Positions 18,473-27,911 of a stretch of DNA of 32,000 nucleotides are shown in pieces. The stretch is from an uncultured archaeon (GTDB taxonomy: Archaea > Asgardarchaeota > Thorarchaeia > Thorarchaeales > Thorarchaeaceae), in the NCBI GenBank assembly GCA_964354495.1, contig CAYHAA010000018.1, positions 30,155 through 62,154 of the forward strand, given 5' to 3'. How positions within the stretch are numbered: the first letter of the stretch is position 1; each line of letters starts with the position of its first letter. The translations under genes and the position numbers were made by a program. The notes beneath the pieces are model-generated. The model was not told the origin of the DNA. It saw only the letters and a list, made by a program, of their open reading frames with translations, and did no database searches.

Positions 18473-18571
18473 TACATTGCAAAAGGGAGTATGAGGGAAT
18501 CTCCTAGTACCTTACGTGACTCGAAAGGATATAATAACCGGCAGCAGACATATCCGTTGAAGGTGCGCGCA

Positions 18572-19315
18572 ATGGAACTGCTCTATCTAATGCCAGGAAA
18601 TGGTATGCCAGATGATGAGGTCAAGCGACGAAACGAGGTCGCAAATTCGCTGACCAGACAAGGAACAAGGGTCACCGTCGAGGAGGTAGGAGAGGGACCG
18701 CTCTCGATAGAGTCTGCCATTGAGGAGTACATCTCGATTGGTCCGATGCTGAAACGACTCTATGGGATTCGAAAAGAGAAGAGGTACAATGCCATCATCA
18801 TCGGGTGTGCTGGAGACCCCGGACTACGAGCAGCCAGAGAGCTCATGGACGTTCCAGTCATCGGACCGGCAGAATCATCGTACCACTTTGCCTGCATGAT
18901 AGCAGACCGATTCAGTGTGATCACCCCAATGCAGGCGGGGGTGGCATCAGCTGACGAGGTCATTGTGCGGATCAGAGAGATGGGGCTCTCAAGCCGGCTC
19001 GCCTCTGTCGAGTTTGTTGACATACCAGTTGCAGAGATGTGGACAGATGACTCTGCTGCGGTGACCAAGCTGGCGACAAAGGCAATCAAGAGGGCAGAGG
19101 AGAGTGGTGCAGGTTGCGTTGTCCTCGGCTGCATGTCCATGGCGTTTCGAACCACAATGTCAGCATGGAGAGGTGTCAGTATTCCTGTCATCAACCCTCT
19201 CAAGATAGCAATCAAGACTGCTGAGTGCTTTGTCGACCTAGGCGCACAGCATAGCCGCATCACGTATCCAGCAGCAGACTTCGAGAAGCTTGTGGGAACT
19301 GTGTTCAAGGACTAG
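18572..19315 (+). CDS. Asp/Glu/hydantoin racemase family protein
   Basis: GPLSIES, catalytic IIGCAGDPG and VLGCMSMA, VPVIGPAESS, PVINP. Start at ATG 18572 after GAAGGTG. Confidence 0.9.
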   Translation: MELLYLMPGNGMPDDEVKRRNEVANSLTRQGTRVTVEEVGEGPLSIESAIEEYISIGPMLKRLYGIRKEKRYNAIIIGCAGDPGLRAARELMDVPVIGPAESSYHFACMIADRFSVITPMQAGVASADEVIVRIREMGLSSRLASVEFVDIPVAEMWTDDSAAVTKLATKAIKRAEESGAGCVVLGCMSMAFRTTMSAWRGVSIPVINPLKIAIKTAECFVDLGAQHSRITYPAADFEKLVGTVFKD

Positions 19316-19331
19316 AGAGGTGGAGAAGAGA

Positions 19332-19757
19332 ATGGGCAAGAAGATCTACTGGGCGAATGCATTGTTCTCTGAGGCCGATAGAAAGTTCAATGAGGTGTCT
19401 GTGGCTCGCGTGCGTGCAGCTGGGTATACCGTCTTTCTTCCACAGGAGGCATTTAGCAAAGATGCAGACCCCACCAATGAGGAGATCTTCAGAGTCGATA
19501 CAGAAGAGCTTCAGTCATGTGATGTGATTGTAGCATGCCTGGACCAGTTTCCAGAAGACACCGGAGTCGCATGTGAGATTGGCGTTGCCTACGGCGCCAA
19601 CATTCCAGTGATAGGTCTCTATACGGACATCAGAAGGTATAGAACAGGTCCGGGAAGGATGTACAAGAACCAGTACGTGCTTGGAGCGATTGAGGTAAAT
19701 GGCGAGATTGTATCCAGTGTAGATGAGCTGCTAAAGACGCTGCCAAAGTACATGTGA
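19332..19757 (+). CDS. Nucleoside 2-deoxyribosyltransferase / 2'-deoxynucleoside 5'-phosphate N-hydrolase-like protein
   Basis: KIYWANALFSEAD, VFLPQE, IFRVD...CDVIVA, DTGVACEIGVA (catalytic Glu position), N(Q)YVLGAI. Confidence 0.85.
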   Translation: MGKKIYWANALFSEADRKFNEVSVARVRAAGYTVFLPQEAFSKDADPTNEEIFRVDTEELQSCDVIVACLDQFPEDTGVACEIGVAYGANIPVIGLYTDIRRYRTGPGRMYKNQYVLGAIEVNGEIVSSVDELLKTLPKYM

Positions 19758-19829
19758 TGGCATCTAGTCCAGTGGCGAGGTCTCCGTTTCAGAGCTTGAT
19801 TAGTCCACGACAAGCGAAGGTGTATTTCA

Positions 19830-20351
19830 ATGGAAAAGACGTTCGAAAAGGTCGAGAAGAAGGTCAGGGGGAAGAGCTTCGGAGTCCTGAGCACGATAAG
19901 TCCGTCGGCATGGGCGCAATCCTCCGCTGTGCAATATGCCGTTTCAGAGAGGAAATCCAACTTTGCCTTCTACATCCTGTCCGACGGAACCTATGTGAAA
20001 GTCAAGAACATACAACAGAATCCCAAGATCTCGTTCGTCATTCCTTTTCCGCACCACATCCTGAGATTCATCCCAGCACCGACTGTTTCTTTCCAGGGCA
20101 CTGCGGAAGTCCTCCCGTTCGATGATCCGATGGTGCGAGCTGCCTATTCAGGGCGTGCGCAAAAGGGGATGATCCGGTTCACGGAGGACTCCAAGTACAG
20201 GGAAACTGCGGTCTTTCTGAAACTGACACCCATCGGGAAGCTGACGTGCTTTGGACTCGGTATCAAGCTGACAGAGATGATGAAGGACCCACTCAATGCC
20301 CGGTACACAGTACAGATTCCTTCAGAGCGGGTGCAGAGTCAGAATGAATAG
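19830..20351 (+). CDS. Pyridoxamine 5'-phosphate oxidase-like (split-barrel flavin-binding) protein
   Basis: FGVLSTIS, FYILS...YVKVKNIQQNPKISF pattern. Confidence 0.75.
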   Translation: MEKTFEKVEKKVRGKSFGVLSTISPSAWAQSSAVQYAVSERKSNFAFYILSDGTYVKVKNIQQNPKISFVIPFPHHILRFIPAPTVSFQGTAEVLPFDDPMVRAAYSGRAQKGMIRFTEDSKYRETAVFLKLTPIGKLTCFGLGIKLTEMMKDPLNARYTVQIPSERVQSQNE

Positions 20352-20392
20352 GAAGGATGGAAATGCTTCCACATATTATCATTGACTGAGTT

Positions 20393-20965
20393 TCAGTGTC
20401 GGCTCCTAGAAAGAACTACCGCAGCGCATAGCATGAACAGGACTAGCCCGCCACCCAGAAAGAGACAACCGAGGTTCTGTGTCTCGTAGAAGCCGGGCGA
20501 GGTCCAGAAGACAGAACCGTCTACATGCATTACGAACATCATTTCATACCAGAATGTCACGGTCGTGTTAGTGCCCTCCCAAATCACAATCACATCGAAA
20601 TCCTGACTCTCTACCCCGCTCTTAGCAGAAACGTTGGGAAATGTCAAGCCACTCACTGCTCCCGAGACCATTGACTGGTTTGGAATAGTCCCATTACATT
20701 CAGAAACGACTACAATCGACACATTCGCTCCACTGGTGTTGAAGGAGTAAATGCTGAGTCTCTGGGCACTGATTGTTATATTCGCCTGTTGGCAAGATGC
20801 ATTCACATTCAGACTGACTACGTCACCACCCCAGTGTCCCCACCAGAAACTCACAGGACCAATCCCACTCTGGATGAAGGTGCCGCTGTACATGAGTAAC
20901 AGGCATCCCGGGGAGATGGTAATGATGAGGACAATTACAAGGGACCTGAGTGAGCGCTTGTTCAT
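20393..20965 (-). CDS. Hypothetical surface protein with N- and C-terminal TM segments
   Basis: Hydrophobic ends and a Ser/Thr/Asn-rich middle with 8 N-x-S/T sequons. Confidence 0.7.
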   Translation of the reverse strand: MNKRSLRSLVIVLIITISPGCLLLMYSGTFIQSGIGPVSFWWGHWGGDVVSLNVNASCQQANITISAQRLSIYSFNTSGANVSIVVVSECNGTIPNQSMVSGAVSGLTFPNVSAKSGVESQDFDVIVIWEGTNTTVTFWYEMMFVMHVDGSVFWTSPGFYETQNLGCLFLGGGLVLFMLCAAVVLSRSRH

Positions 20966-21055
20966 AATACAGATACTATTCTAGGTCTGGCAATAATAGT
21001 CTTTGCAATTAAGAGTGTGGACTTGCAGAGAATGAGCTCCAGTATTCCAGCTACT

Positions 21056-21292
21056 TCAACGAGTCGGCGCCAATCTGGAAACTGCATCCTTCAATCGTTT
21101 CTTGAATCCTTCACAGTCGTCACTGTCAAGTTTCTTTCGTACCAATTTCCAGACTGCAGCGCTGTTCGGATAGTCAACACTCAACATGTCGTGAATTATC
21201 TCATCGATTGTGCCCCTATTCTCATTGGTGATCTCTATTCCAAGCTCTGAGAAGAGGTCGACCATCCGTGAATTCTTGAAGTAGTGAGTCAT
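21056..21292 (-). CDS. Small conserved hypothetical protein (paralog of 27541-27750)
   Basis: THYF...LGIEITNENRGTIDEIIH...YPNSAAVWK aligns with TCYF...IGIEVTSANRKEIDRKIH...YSNCPAAWK. Confidence 0.8.
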   Translation of the reverse strand: MTHYFKNSRMVDLFSELGIEITNENRGTIDEIIHDMLSVDYPNSAAVWKLVRKKLDSDDCEGFKKRLKDAVSRLAPTR

Positions 21293-21371
21293 CGCTGCCC
21301 GAGATTGTTACATATATCGTATTTATCTCCAACGCGTGGGAATATGGAAGAAGGACGAGGTGTATTATGCC

Positions 21372-23750
21372 TCACCATCTACCGGGACAGCAGTGATGTC
21401 CTCTATGGGGCTTTTCAATGTGAATCACGATAGCTCCATGGACCTTTCCGAGAGGATCATATCCCGCTTCGTACCAGAGCTGACCGCTGGGGTCATAGAC
21501 ACGAATCTGGAAGATGTCTTTCGCACACTTTCCACGATTTTCCCAGACATCGACTCTAACTCTATAGCCGCTGTCAATTGTGAAGTGTTTGAAGCAGTGT
21601 GACTTGTACTGCACGATGATACATTCTGCCTCGAAATATGCATGGTTGCCATCGATTCTCATTGCCAGCCATTCTGTGCTCACAACTGTATAGTGCAATC
21701 TGTCAGACTTGAAGGTGTACATGAACACTCCACAGATGTCGCCATCTGCGCCCAGCCTCACAACAAAGGCGAAATGACCTTTATTCCCACTGGCGTCAGC
21801 AATCCAGCCACCGCCTGTCACAAATCCTAATTCAGAATCCATACTGATTGTGATGGTGGCGGATGCAGCACTCGCTTCTTGGTCGATGTCACCCCTGTCA
21901 ATGTCCCCATTGAAAGCAGTGACGGTTATGTTGTGTGTCCCTGCTGAGGCGGGAACTGCATAGTCACCTATTGCGTTGCCCACAATCGCTCCGTCAATCA
22001 CGACAATCAGAGTAGCTATTCCACTCTCCAAATCACTCGCTGTGACTGCCCACAGACCGGGATCTGAAACCGTAGTTCCACCTGAGTGGACTATTGCCAC
22101 CTCAGGACCGGTAGTGTCATCATCCACTATTGTGACAGTCTCGGAGAGAGTGCTGAGCTCTTGGTCCTCAGTGCCAGTCGCTAGGTCTGCATTGGCTGCA
22201 TTCACCTCGATTGTGTGAGTGCCAAGGAGATTCGGGACTGCATAGTCACCCGGAACAGTGCCAACAAGAACTCCATCAATCAGTATCGTGATCCAATCAA
22301 TACCGCTCTCAGAGTCCACTACTGTCGCAGTCCAATAACCGGGACTGCCGTCTGTCGCGTCGCCAGTGTACATGATTGTGATGATTGGACCGGTGATGTC
22401 GGTGTCAATGATGAATGTGGAAGACTGTGTGAGTTCCACATTGCCCACAACATCAGTGGAATAGTAGTGGATAGCGTTGATACCATCAGTGACAACTGTG
22501 AATGGTCCAGTATAGGTGTCCCAGTTCTTGAGATCGAGGCTATACATCGTCGAGGCGACGTAGAAATCATCTGTCGCTGTGAGAGTCACAATTACCTCTG
22601 AGATATACCGGCCACTGTCACCGAGTATTCCATCAAGTGATATCTCTGTGACGGGAGGCGTAGTGTCATCAATTACATCCAAGACAATTATCTTCACCAG
22701 CGCTAGCGCGCTGTATTCCGAACCATCAAAGACACGATAGGTGAAGGAGTCAACGCCATACCAATTAGGATTTGGAGTGTAGACGAATATATCGCCAGGA
22801 ATAACAGCGAAAGTCTGGATAGCTGCAATATCGAGGGTGCCAAAGGAGGGATAGTCCTCGATAGAGATGATGAGCATATCGCCATCTCCATCGTAGTCAT
22901 TGTTCAAGAGGTCTGATGCCATTATTTCTAGGACCGTATCCTCGTACATCGTGAACTCATCATCAGCAGCCACAGGAGCATCACTCACCGGATTGACTGT
23001 AATCGCCACGGTGGCCGGGTTGCTGTAGGCAAATGTATCAAACGCTCGATATTGGAAGTAGTCTATTCCATACCAATCAGGATTGGGGATATACTCGAAG
23101 TCACCCTCAAGGAAGAAGACGAGTGAACCATGTTCCGGTCCTATCACAAGTTCAGCAGTGACAAAGTCATACAGGTCTACATCATAGTCATTTACTAGGA
23201 CTCCATACTCACGACCAACAACCAGAGTGGTATCCTCATCAGTCGTGTATGCATCATCGACTGCAACTGGAGCATCATTTGACAGATTCACAGTTATGAA
23301 GACCGTTGTGGGCTTACTATCCAGCTTTCCGTCACTGGGGTAGTAGGCAAAGGAGTCTTCCCCAAAGAAGTCTGGCTCGGGAGTATAGATGAACGAACCA
23401 TCTGCCAAGAGAAGAAGTGAACCATGGGAAGGCGCGGCTGTCAGCACAGCAACAAGCGAGTCATTATCAGCATCTGCATCGTTTGCCAAGATGCCTGGCG
23501 CTGGAACTATCAGAGAAGAGTCTTCGTTGGTCACATAGATATCATACTCTGCCTTCGGAGCTGTATTGTTCTTTATGATCACGTCCTGAAGATGAAATTG
23601 GCCATAAGGGAAAGACGGTGTAGCGGCAGCAGGGCTTGCGTTAGCTCCTACTGAATGATATGCTACCTGTGGAACTACGTTCAGAAGAACCACAAAGAGC
23701 GCAAGTGATATCACAAACAGACAGGCATTCTTCTTTACATGCATGAACAT
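21372..23750 (-). CDS. Secreted/surface protein with three cadherin-like tandem-95 (Big_9) repeats, further Ig-like domains and a C-terminal GFVTGGGWI domain
   Basis: N-terminal KK plus hydrophobic signal, then three NxAPxAxxD...ED...NDxDxD...YTP...G.DSF repeats, DTTPP/DITGP/DTTGP-starting Ig-like modules and GFVTGGGWI. Confidence 0.88.
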   Translation of the reverse strand: MFMHVKKNACLFVISLALFVVLLNVVPQVAYHSVGANASPAAATPSFPYGQFHLQDVIIKNNTAPKAEYDIYVTNEDSSLIVPAPGILANDADADNDSLVAVLTAAPSHGSLLLLADGSFIYTPEPDFFGEDSFAYYPSDGKLDSKPTTVFITVNLSNDAPVAVDDAYTTDEDTTLVVGREYGVLVNDYDVDLYDFVTAELVIGPEHGSLVFFLEGDFEYIPNPDWYGIDYFQYRAFDTFAYSNPATVAITVNPVSDAPVAADDEFTMYEDTVLEIMASDLLNNDYDGDGDMLIISIEDYPSFGTLDIAAIQTFAVIPGDIFVYTPNPNWYGVDSFTYRVFDGSEYSALALVKIIVLDVIDDTTPPVTEISLDGILGDSGRYISEVIVTLTATDDFYVASTMYSLDLKNWDTYTGPFTVVTDGINAIHYYSTDVVGNVELTQSSTFIIDTDITGPIITIMYTGDATDGSPGYWTATVVDSESGIDWITILIDGVLVGTVPGDYAVPNLLGTHTIEVNAANADLATGTEDQELSTLSETVTIVDDDTTGPEVAIVHSGGTTVSDPGLWAVTASDLESGIATLIVVIDGAIVGNAIGDYAVPASAGTHNITVTAFNGDIDRGDIDQEASAASATITISMDSELGFVTGGGWIADASGNKGHFAFVVRLGADGDICGVFMYTFKSDRLHYTVVSTEWLAMRIDGNHAYFEAECIIVQYKSHCFKHFTIDSGYRVRVDVWENRGKCAKDIFQIRVYDPSGQLWYEAGYDPLGKVHGAIVIHIEKPHRGHHCCPGRW
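22671..23567 (-). repeat. Three approximately 95-105-aa cadherin-like protein repeats
   Basis: Repeat starts NTAPKAEYD, NDAPVAVDD and SDAPVAADD (aa ~62-360); coordinates approximate. Confidence 0.8.
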
Positions 23751-24022
23751 ACTCTCTCCCAGTTGCGATACGTGGTACTATGATGCGTTCATGTGAACTG
23801 ACTTGAGCCAACACGAGAGCGAATTTTTGCTGTGGGTGTCCTTCGCAACACCGCGATGGTATGGACAAGAGGCTTATAAAACCTCATTTTCCAATTCCAT
23901 AATCTGAAAAATCGAGCTCTTCACCGCATTTTGGCCATCTCTGTCGCATTATGGTACCAGAATCAGCTGTGTCATGCAGGATCTCCCCAATGTGATTTTT
24001 AGGTGGGTGTGCATGTACATTC

Positions 24023-24937
24023 ATGCCTGCGCGCACCATGCGAGAGAGGCGAGATCAAAAGAGGCACTGGGTGCTCTTACCAATGCTGACAATCATCGTG
24101 ATCACTGTGGCTATAGCTATACCAGCTGCAGTCTTTTTCTATGCATTCGCGAAGTCCACAAGACTGCCGGGGAATCGTCCATCTGAGTATCTCAAGAGGA
24201 AATGGGCAGATGACAACCAATCGGTGGTTGTCCTGGCCGGAGACAGTCTGACACATGGAAAGGTGGGCGTGGACTACGTTCAGATGCTAGCAGATACAGT
24301 CGATGCAGAGCGATACGCACTAGTTAACGCAGGAGTGAACTCCCATCTTGCATGGAACTTACTTCAGAGACTGGACGAGATCGTCGAGTGTGACCCCAAG
24401 ATTGTGACCATTCTGATTGGTACCAATGATGCAAATGCTGCCACGTCAAGAGAAGAGGCAAGAGCATATGTGAGAAGTATGAAGCTTCCTCAGCTCCCTG
24501 ATAACACATGGTTCCGAGAGACCCTAAGAACGATTGTCACACGACTGCAGAGTGAAACCTCTGCTCGGATAGCACTCCTCTCAATCCCCACAATAGGAGA
24601 GAAACCTGATGATCCAGCGTTCCTTCTGAGCCAGAGTTATGGCATGACTGTCAAGGAGATAGCAATGGAAACAGATGCGACATATCTTCCCCTGCAGGAG
24701 CAGATGGTGGCGTATCTCAGAGAGAATCCAGGAGCTCCGAAGTATCCCTTTGAGAAGAGGAATGTGCAGATGTACAAAGCGATAGCCAAGCGACATCTTC
24801 TCAGGAAGAGCTGGGATACAATAGCAGAAGATACTGGATTCAAGCTTCACACTGACTATCTTCATCTGAATAGTGCTGGTGCAAAGCTGGTTGCTGACCT
24901 GATTCTGCGATTCATCGAGGATACTCAGCCACACTGA
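24023..24937 (+). CDS. SGNH/GDSL hydrolase family protein with N-terminal TM anchor
   Basis: Block I AGDSLTHG, block II NAGVNS, block III IGTND, block V TDYLHLN. Confidence 0.9.
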   Translation: MPARTMRERRDQKRHWVLLPMLTIIVITVAIAIPAAVFFYAFAKSTRLPGNRPSEYLKRKWADDNQSVVVLAGDSLTHGKVGVDYVQMLADTVDAERYALVNAGVNSHLAWNLLQRLDEIVECDPKIVTILIGTNDANAATSREEARAYVRSMKLPQLPDNTWFRETLRTIVTRLQSETSARIALLSIPTIGEKPDDPAFLLSQSYGMTVKEIAMETDATYLPLQEQMVAYLRENPGAPKYPFEKRNVQMYKAIAKRHLLRKSWDTIAEDTGFKLHTDYLHLNSAGAKLVADLILRFIEDTQPH

Positions 24938-25085
24938 AGAACGCATCAGTGAAGGATTTCCGAATCAACAGGAGGGGTGTCCATCAGGCTTGGTTCCAGC
25001 CTATCTCAACCGAGATTAACGAGTGGTTCCTAGTCTGAGTCAGCCCCTGTTCTCACTCTGTGACACCTCTGTTGTATTGTGTGCT

Positions 25086-25502
25086 CTATTTCTCTAGAAG
25101 GGTCCTGAATGTGTTGTGATGATCCTCTTCATCAGCGAGTATGTCCTCAAACATCTCGCGAGAGACGTAGTCCTTCTCGGCATCTGCCTTCTCAATGATG
25201 GTCTTGTAGAGAGCGATTGCCTCCTCTTCAGCCTTTACGTCAAGAGTGATCATCTCTTTTGGCTCATTACCCACTGTGATCTTCGCCGGAATTGTTGTAG
25301 GGATGTCACCCAAATAGTCGACTCGCTCAGCGATCTTCTCAGCGTGTTTCATCTCTGCAATCGCGATTTTCTTCAGTTCGTCAGCAATTGCCAGGTGGTC
25401 AAAGCCATAGATTCGGACGTGCTGCCACATGTATTGAATGCTCACTTGAATCTCTCGTGCGATTCCCTTGTTCATAAGATCAATCAATTCTTTTGATGCC
25501 AT
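25086..25502 (-). CDS. Bacterioferritin-like ferritin-family protein
   Basis: REIQVSIQY, AEMKHAE (includes the Met at the Bfr heme-ligand position), AEEEAIALY, DEEDHH diiron ligands. Confidence 0.88.
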   Translation of the reverse strand: MASKELIDLMNKGIAREIQVSIQYMWQHVRIYGFDHLAIADELKKIAIAEMKHAEKIAERVDYLGDIPTTIPAKITVGNEPKEMITLDVKAEEEAIALYKTIIEKADAEKDYVSREMFEDILADEEDHHNTFRTLLEK

Positions 25503-25621
25503 TTTCAAATCTCCTTGAGATTACGTTTGTTTTGCGTTCTCTCTATGTACTATCTTTCTGATAAATCGGTTGGTCTGACAGCATTGCAGTAAGACTCGTA
25601 CGGAAACGCTGGTCATACTGC

Positions 25622-26170
25622 TCATATGTCCTCAGGAACGGAGCCAGGATTGTTCTTTCGGAGGTCCTGCCAATAGAGAACTATTGGTGTGCGTCTATCA
25701 AATCCAACGCCTTCATAGGCCTTGCGTGCAGGAATATGAGAGTCATCAAGATCCGTCTCAACCATAGCAACCGGTACGTCATGCTCTCTAAGGTACTGGA
25801 GCACATACCGATACATGTACTTCCCCCAACCTCTCCCTGCATACTCTGGAAGCACCCCATTGTTCTCGATAATGCCAAGATTTCCCTCTTTGTTGATCTT
25901 GAACGTCACGAATCCGAAGATGTCCTCAGCGTTCTCAAGGACCCAGGCCCACTCAGGATTTTCTGCAAAGACCTCACGATTCTGTGCAGCCTTTCGTCTT
26001 TCCCAAGGGATAGCAGGGTCTCTGAGCTCGTTATAGATACCTTGGCTCTGCAGTGCTACCCAGCTCTCATGGATTGCCTTGTAGCAGATGGCAGTGATCC
26101 TGTCGACCTGCGGCATGTCTTCCGGTCGAGCGTATCGCAGGATAGCCCCTTTGTGTTCTGCAATAGTCAT
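25622..26170 (-). CDS. GNAT family N-acetyltransferase
   Basis: LRYARPED, NGVLPEYAGRGWGK, ARKAYEGVGF. Confidence 0.88.
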   Translation of the reverse strand: MTIAEHKGAILRYARPEDMPQVDRITAICYKAIHESWVALQSQGIYNELRDPAIPWERRKAAQNREVFAENPEWAWVLENAEDIFGFVTFKINKEGNLGIIENNGVLPEYAGRGWGKYMYRYVLQYLREHDVPVAMVETDLDDSHIPARKAYEGVGFDRRTPIVLYWQDLRKNNPGSVPEDI

Positions 26171-26310
26171 CGTCAGACCTCCATCAACTAGTCATCTCTC
26201 GAGCATGCTCTGCATGGGGTCTCGGTTATTGAAGTTATTTCCAGATGAGGCTGGTTGAAATCATGATGACCCATCGAAGACATTATTTACTCTGAACTAT
26301 TGTTAATAGA

Positions 26311-26703
26311 GTGATGAAGATGAAGAAGGAATCTGATGAATGGAAACTCAAACTGAGTCCTGAGCAATACCGGGTCCTCAGGCAGTGCGGTACTGAGCCG
26401 CCCTTCACGGGGAAGTATATCCATCACAAGGAGAATGGTGTGTATGTCTGTGCGGCGTGCGGAAACGAACTCTTCTCCTCAGAAACGAAATTCGAGTCAG
26501 GGAGCGGCTGGCCTAGTTTCTGGGACCAACTATCCAAGGACAGTGTCGAGAGGAAGATAGACAGGAGTCACGGAATGACAAGAATCGAGGTGGTATGCAA
26601 GAAGTGTGGAGGCCATCTGGGGCATGTCTTCGATGATGGTCCAAATCCGACAGGCCTACGATATTGTATCAACTCACTATCACTTGATTTCAAAAAAGAC
26701 TAG
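26311..26703 (+). CDS. msrB: Peptide-methionine (R)-S-oxide reductase MsrB
   Basis: [46 protein letters not shown]. Confidence 0.97.
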   Translation: MMKMKKESDEWKLKLSPEQYRVLRQCGTEPPFTGKYIHHKENGVYVCAACGNELFSSETKFESGSGWPSFWDQLSKDSVERKIDRSHGMTRIEVVCKKCGGHLGHVFDDGPNPTGLRYCINSLSLDFKKD

Positions 26704-27464
26704 TGGACCGTCTTCCGGGACTCTATCCTCATACGTGCCTTCTGAATCGCGACAGTGAGACTTTCAGCTGCATCTGACAGTTCTTTGAGAGTCTGTGGGG
26801 AAGGGTCGCTCATCATCACCATGGGGAGAACCGGGAGAGTCTGGAATAGGTTCCGTATAGATGGTGGAATCTCCTCAGAGTGCTCAGAGTCTTGAAGAAG
26901 AAGCCTGGGTAAGGGAAGGAGTGTGTTCTCGATCTTCTCACGCAGCTCGCTGCAACTATCAATCTCAGACTCAAGAAATTCAATACCCCTGTCAGTGAGC
27001 TCGTATCTTCGAGTTCTCCCATCGGAGTCAGAGAGCTGCCGTGTCAGACCCTCTCGATGGAGGCTATTCAGAAGCGGATACATAGAACCCGGTCTCGGCT
27101 TCCATCGACCATCCAACTCAGCTCCAATTGCGGATGTCAGCTCAGCACCAGACATCGGATGTTCCTTGAGCTTGTGCAGTACCCTGTATCGCAAGAATCC
27201 CTTTGGAACCTTAGCAGTATGCTGCAACCATTTACGCATAGGGCTGGGAAACCCTACTCGCTCCTGAAAGAGAGCCAGTCGCTCCTCGGACAGGTAGTAT
27301 TTGTTTCCCACCCGTACAATGGGATCCATATCTGGGGGAAAAGGGGGCTTGACATGCTCAAGCCTCTCTGGAAATCCCAGTTCTTTCCATGTCAACGCCT
27401 TCTCAGGTGTAGTTGCGCCTCGCTCTCGGAAGGTATCTACTATCCTGCGGAAGGGACTGAACAT
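26700..27464 (-). CDS. PadR family transcriptional regulator with an extra N-terminal domain
   Basis: [17 protein letters not shown]...[20 protein letters not shown]...RRYELTDRG. Start set at ATG 27464 to avoid overlap with the upstream gene. Confidence 0.88.
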   Translation of the reverse strand: MFSPFRRIVDTFRERGATTPEKALTWKELGFPERLEHVKPPFPPDMDPIVRVGNKYYLSEERLALFQERVGFPSPMRKWLQHTAKVPKGFLRYRVLHKLKEHPMSGAELTSAIGAELDGRWKPRPGSMYPLLNSLHREGLTRQLSDSDGRTRRYELTDRGIEFLESEIDSCSELREKIENTLLPLPRLLLQDSEHSEEIPPSIRNLFQTLPVLPMVMMSDPSPQTLKELSDAAESLTVAIQKARMRIESRKTVH

Positions 27465-27540
27465 GAATGGGGGAGTAATTGAACTTGGCTTTATCTTATT
27501 CGCATCATCGACAATTGGGAGGGAGTCTTGAGCAGAGAAA

Positions 27541-27750
27541 CTAGGCAAGAGCCCTATCGAGATCAGCCAAGAATTTCTCTTCATCCTCTGCCATTCTACT
27601 CTTGATTGCTTTCCATGCGGCTGGGCAATTACTGTAGGAGCCCCCTACCAATTCGTGTATCTTTCTGTCAATCTCTTTCCTGTTAGCTGACGTGACTTCA
27701 ATTCCAATCTGCTCAAAGATCAACTTGAGGTGCCTGAAATAACAGGTCAA
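27541..27750 (-). CDS. Small conserved hypothetical protein (TCYFRH...NCPxxW)
   Basis: TTG start at 27750 after GGTGA SD; paralog of 21056-21292. Confidence 0.8.
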   Translation of the reverse strand: MTCYFRHLKLIFEQIGIEVTSANRKEIDRKIHELVGGSYSNCPAAWKAIKSRMAEDEEKFLADLDRALA

Positions 27751-27911
27751 GGGACTCACCACTCCTTCCGACTCAGATGATATCCTATCAACCTTTCGAC
27801 ATCTATGATAGGCGGCACTGCCTCTGCCCCTGACGACGGGTTTCGTTCAAGTCATTGGCCACTATGGAATCTTATTTATAGTTAATTTTCCATCCAGCCA
27901 CGGAGATTCTT

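Noticed and set aside
26311-26703. MsrB as a selenoprotein
   Set aside because: The catalytic position is Cys (RYCINS); there is no in-frame TGA.
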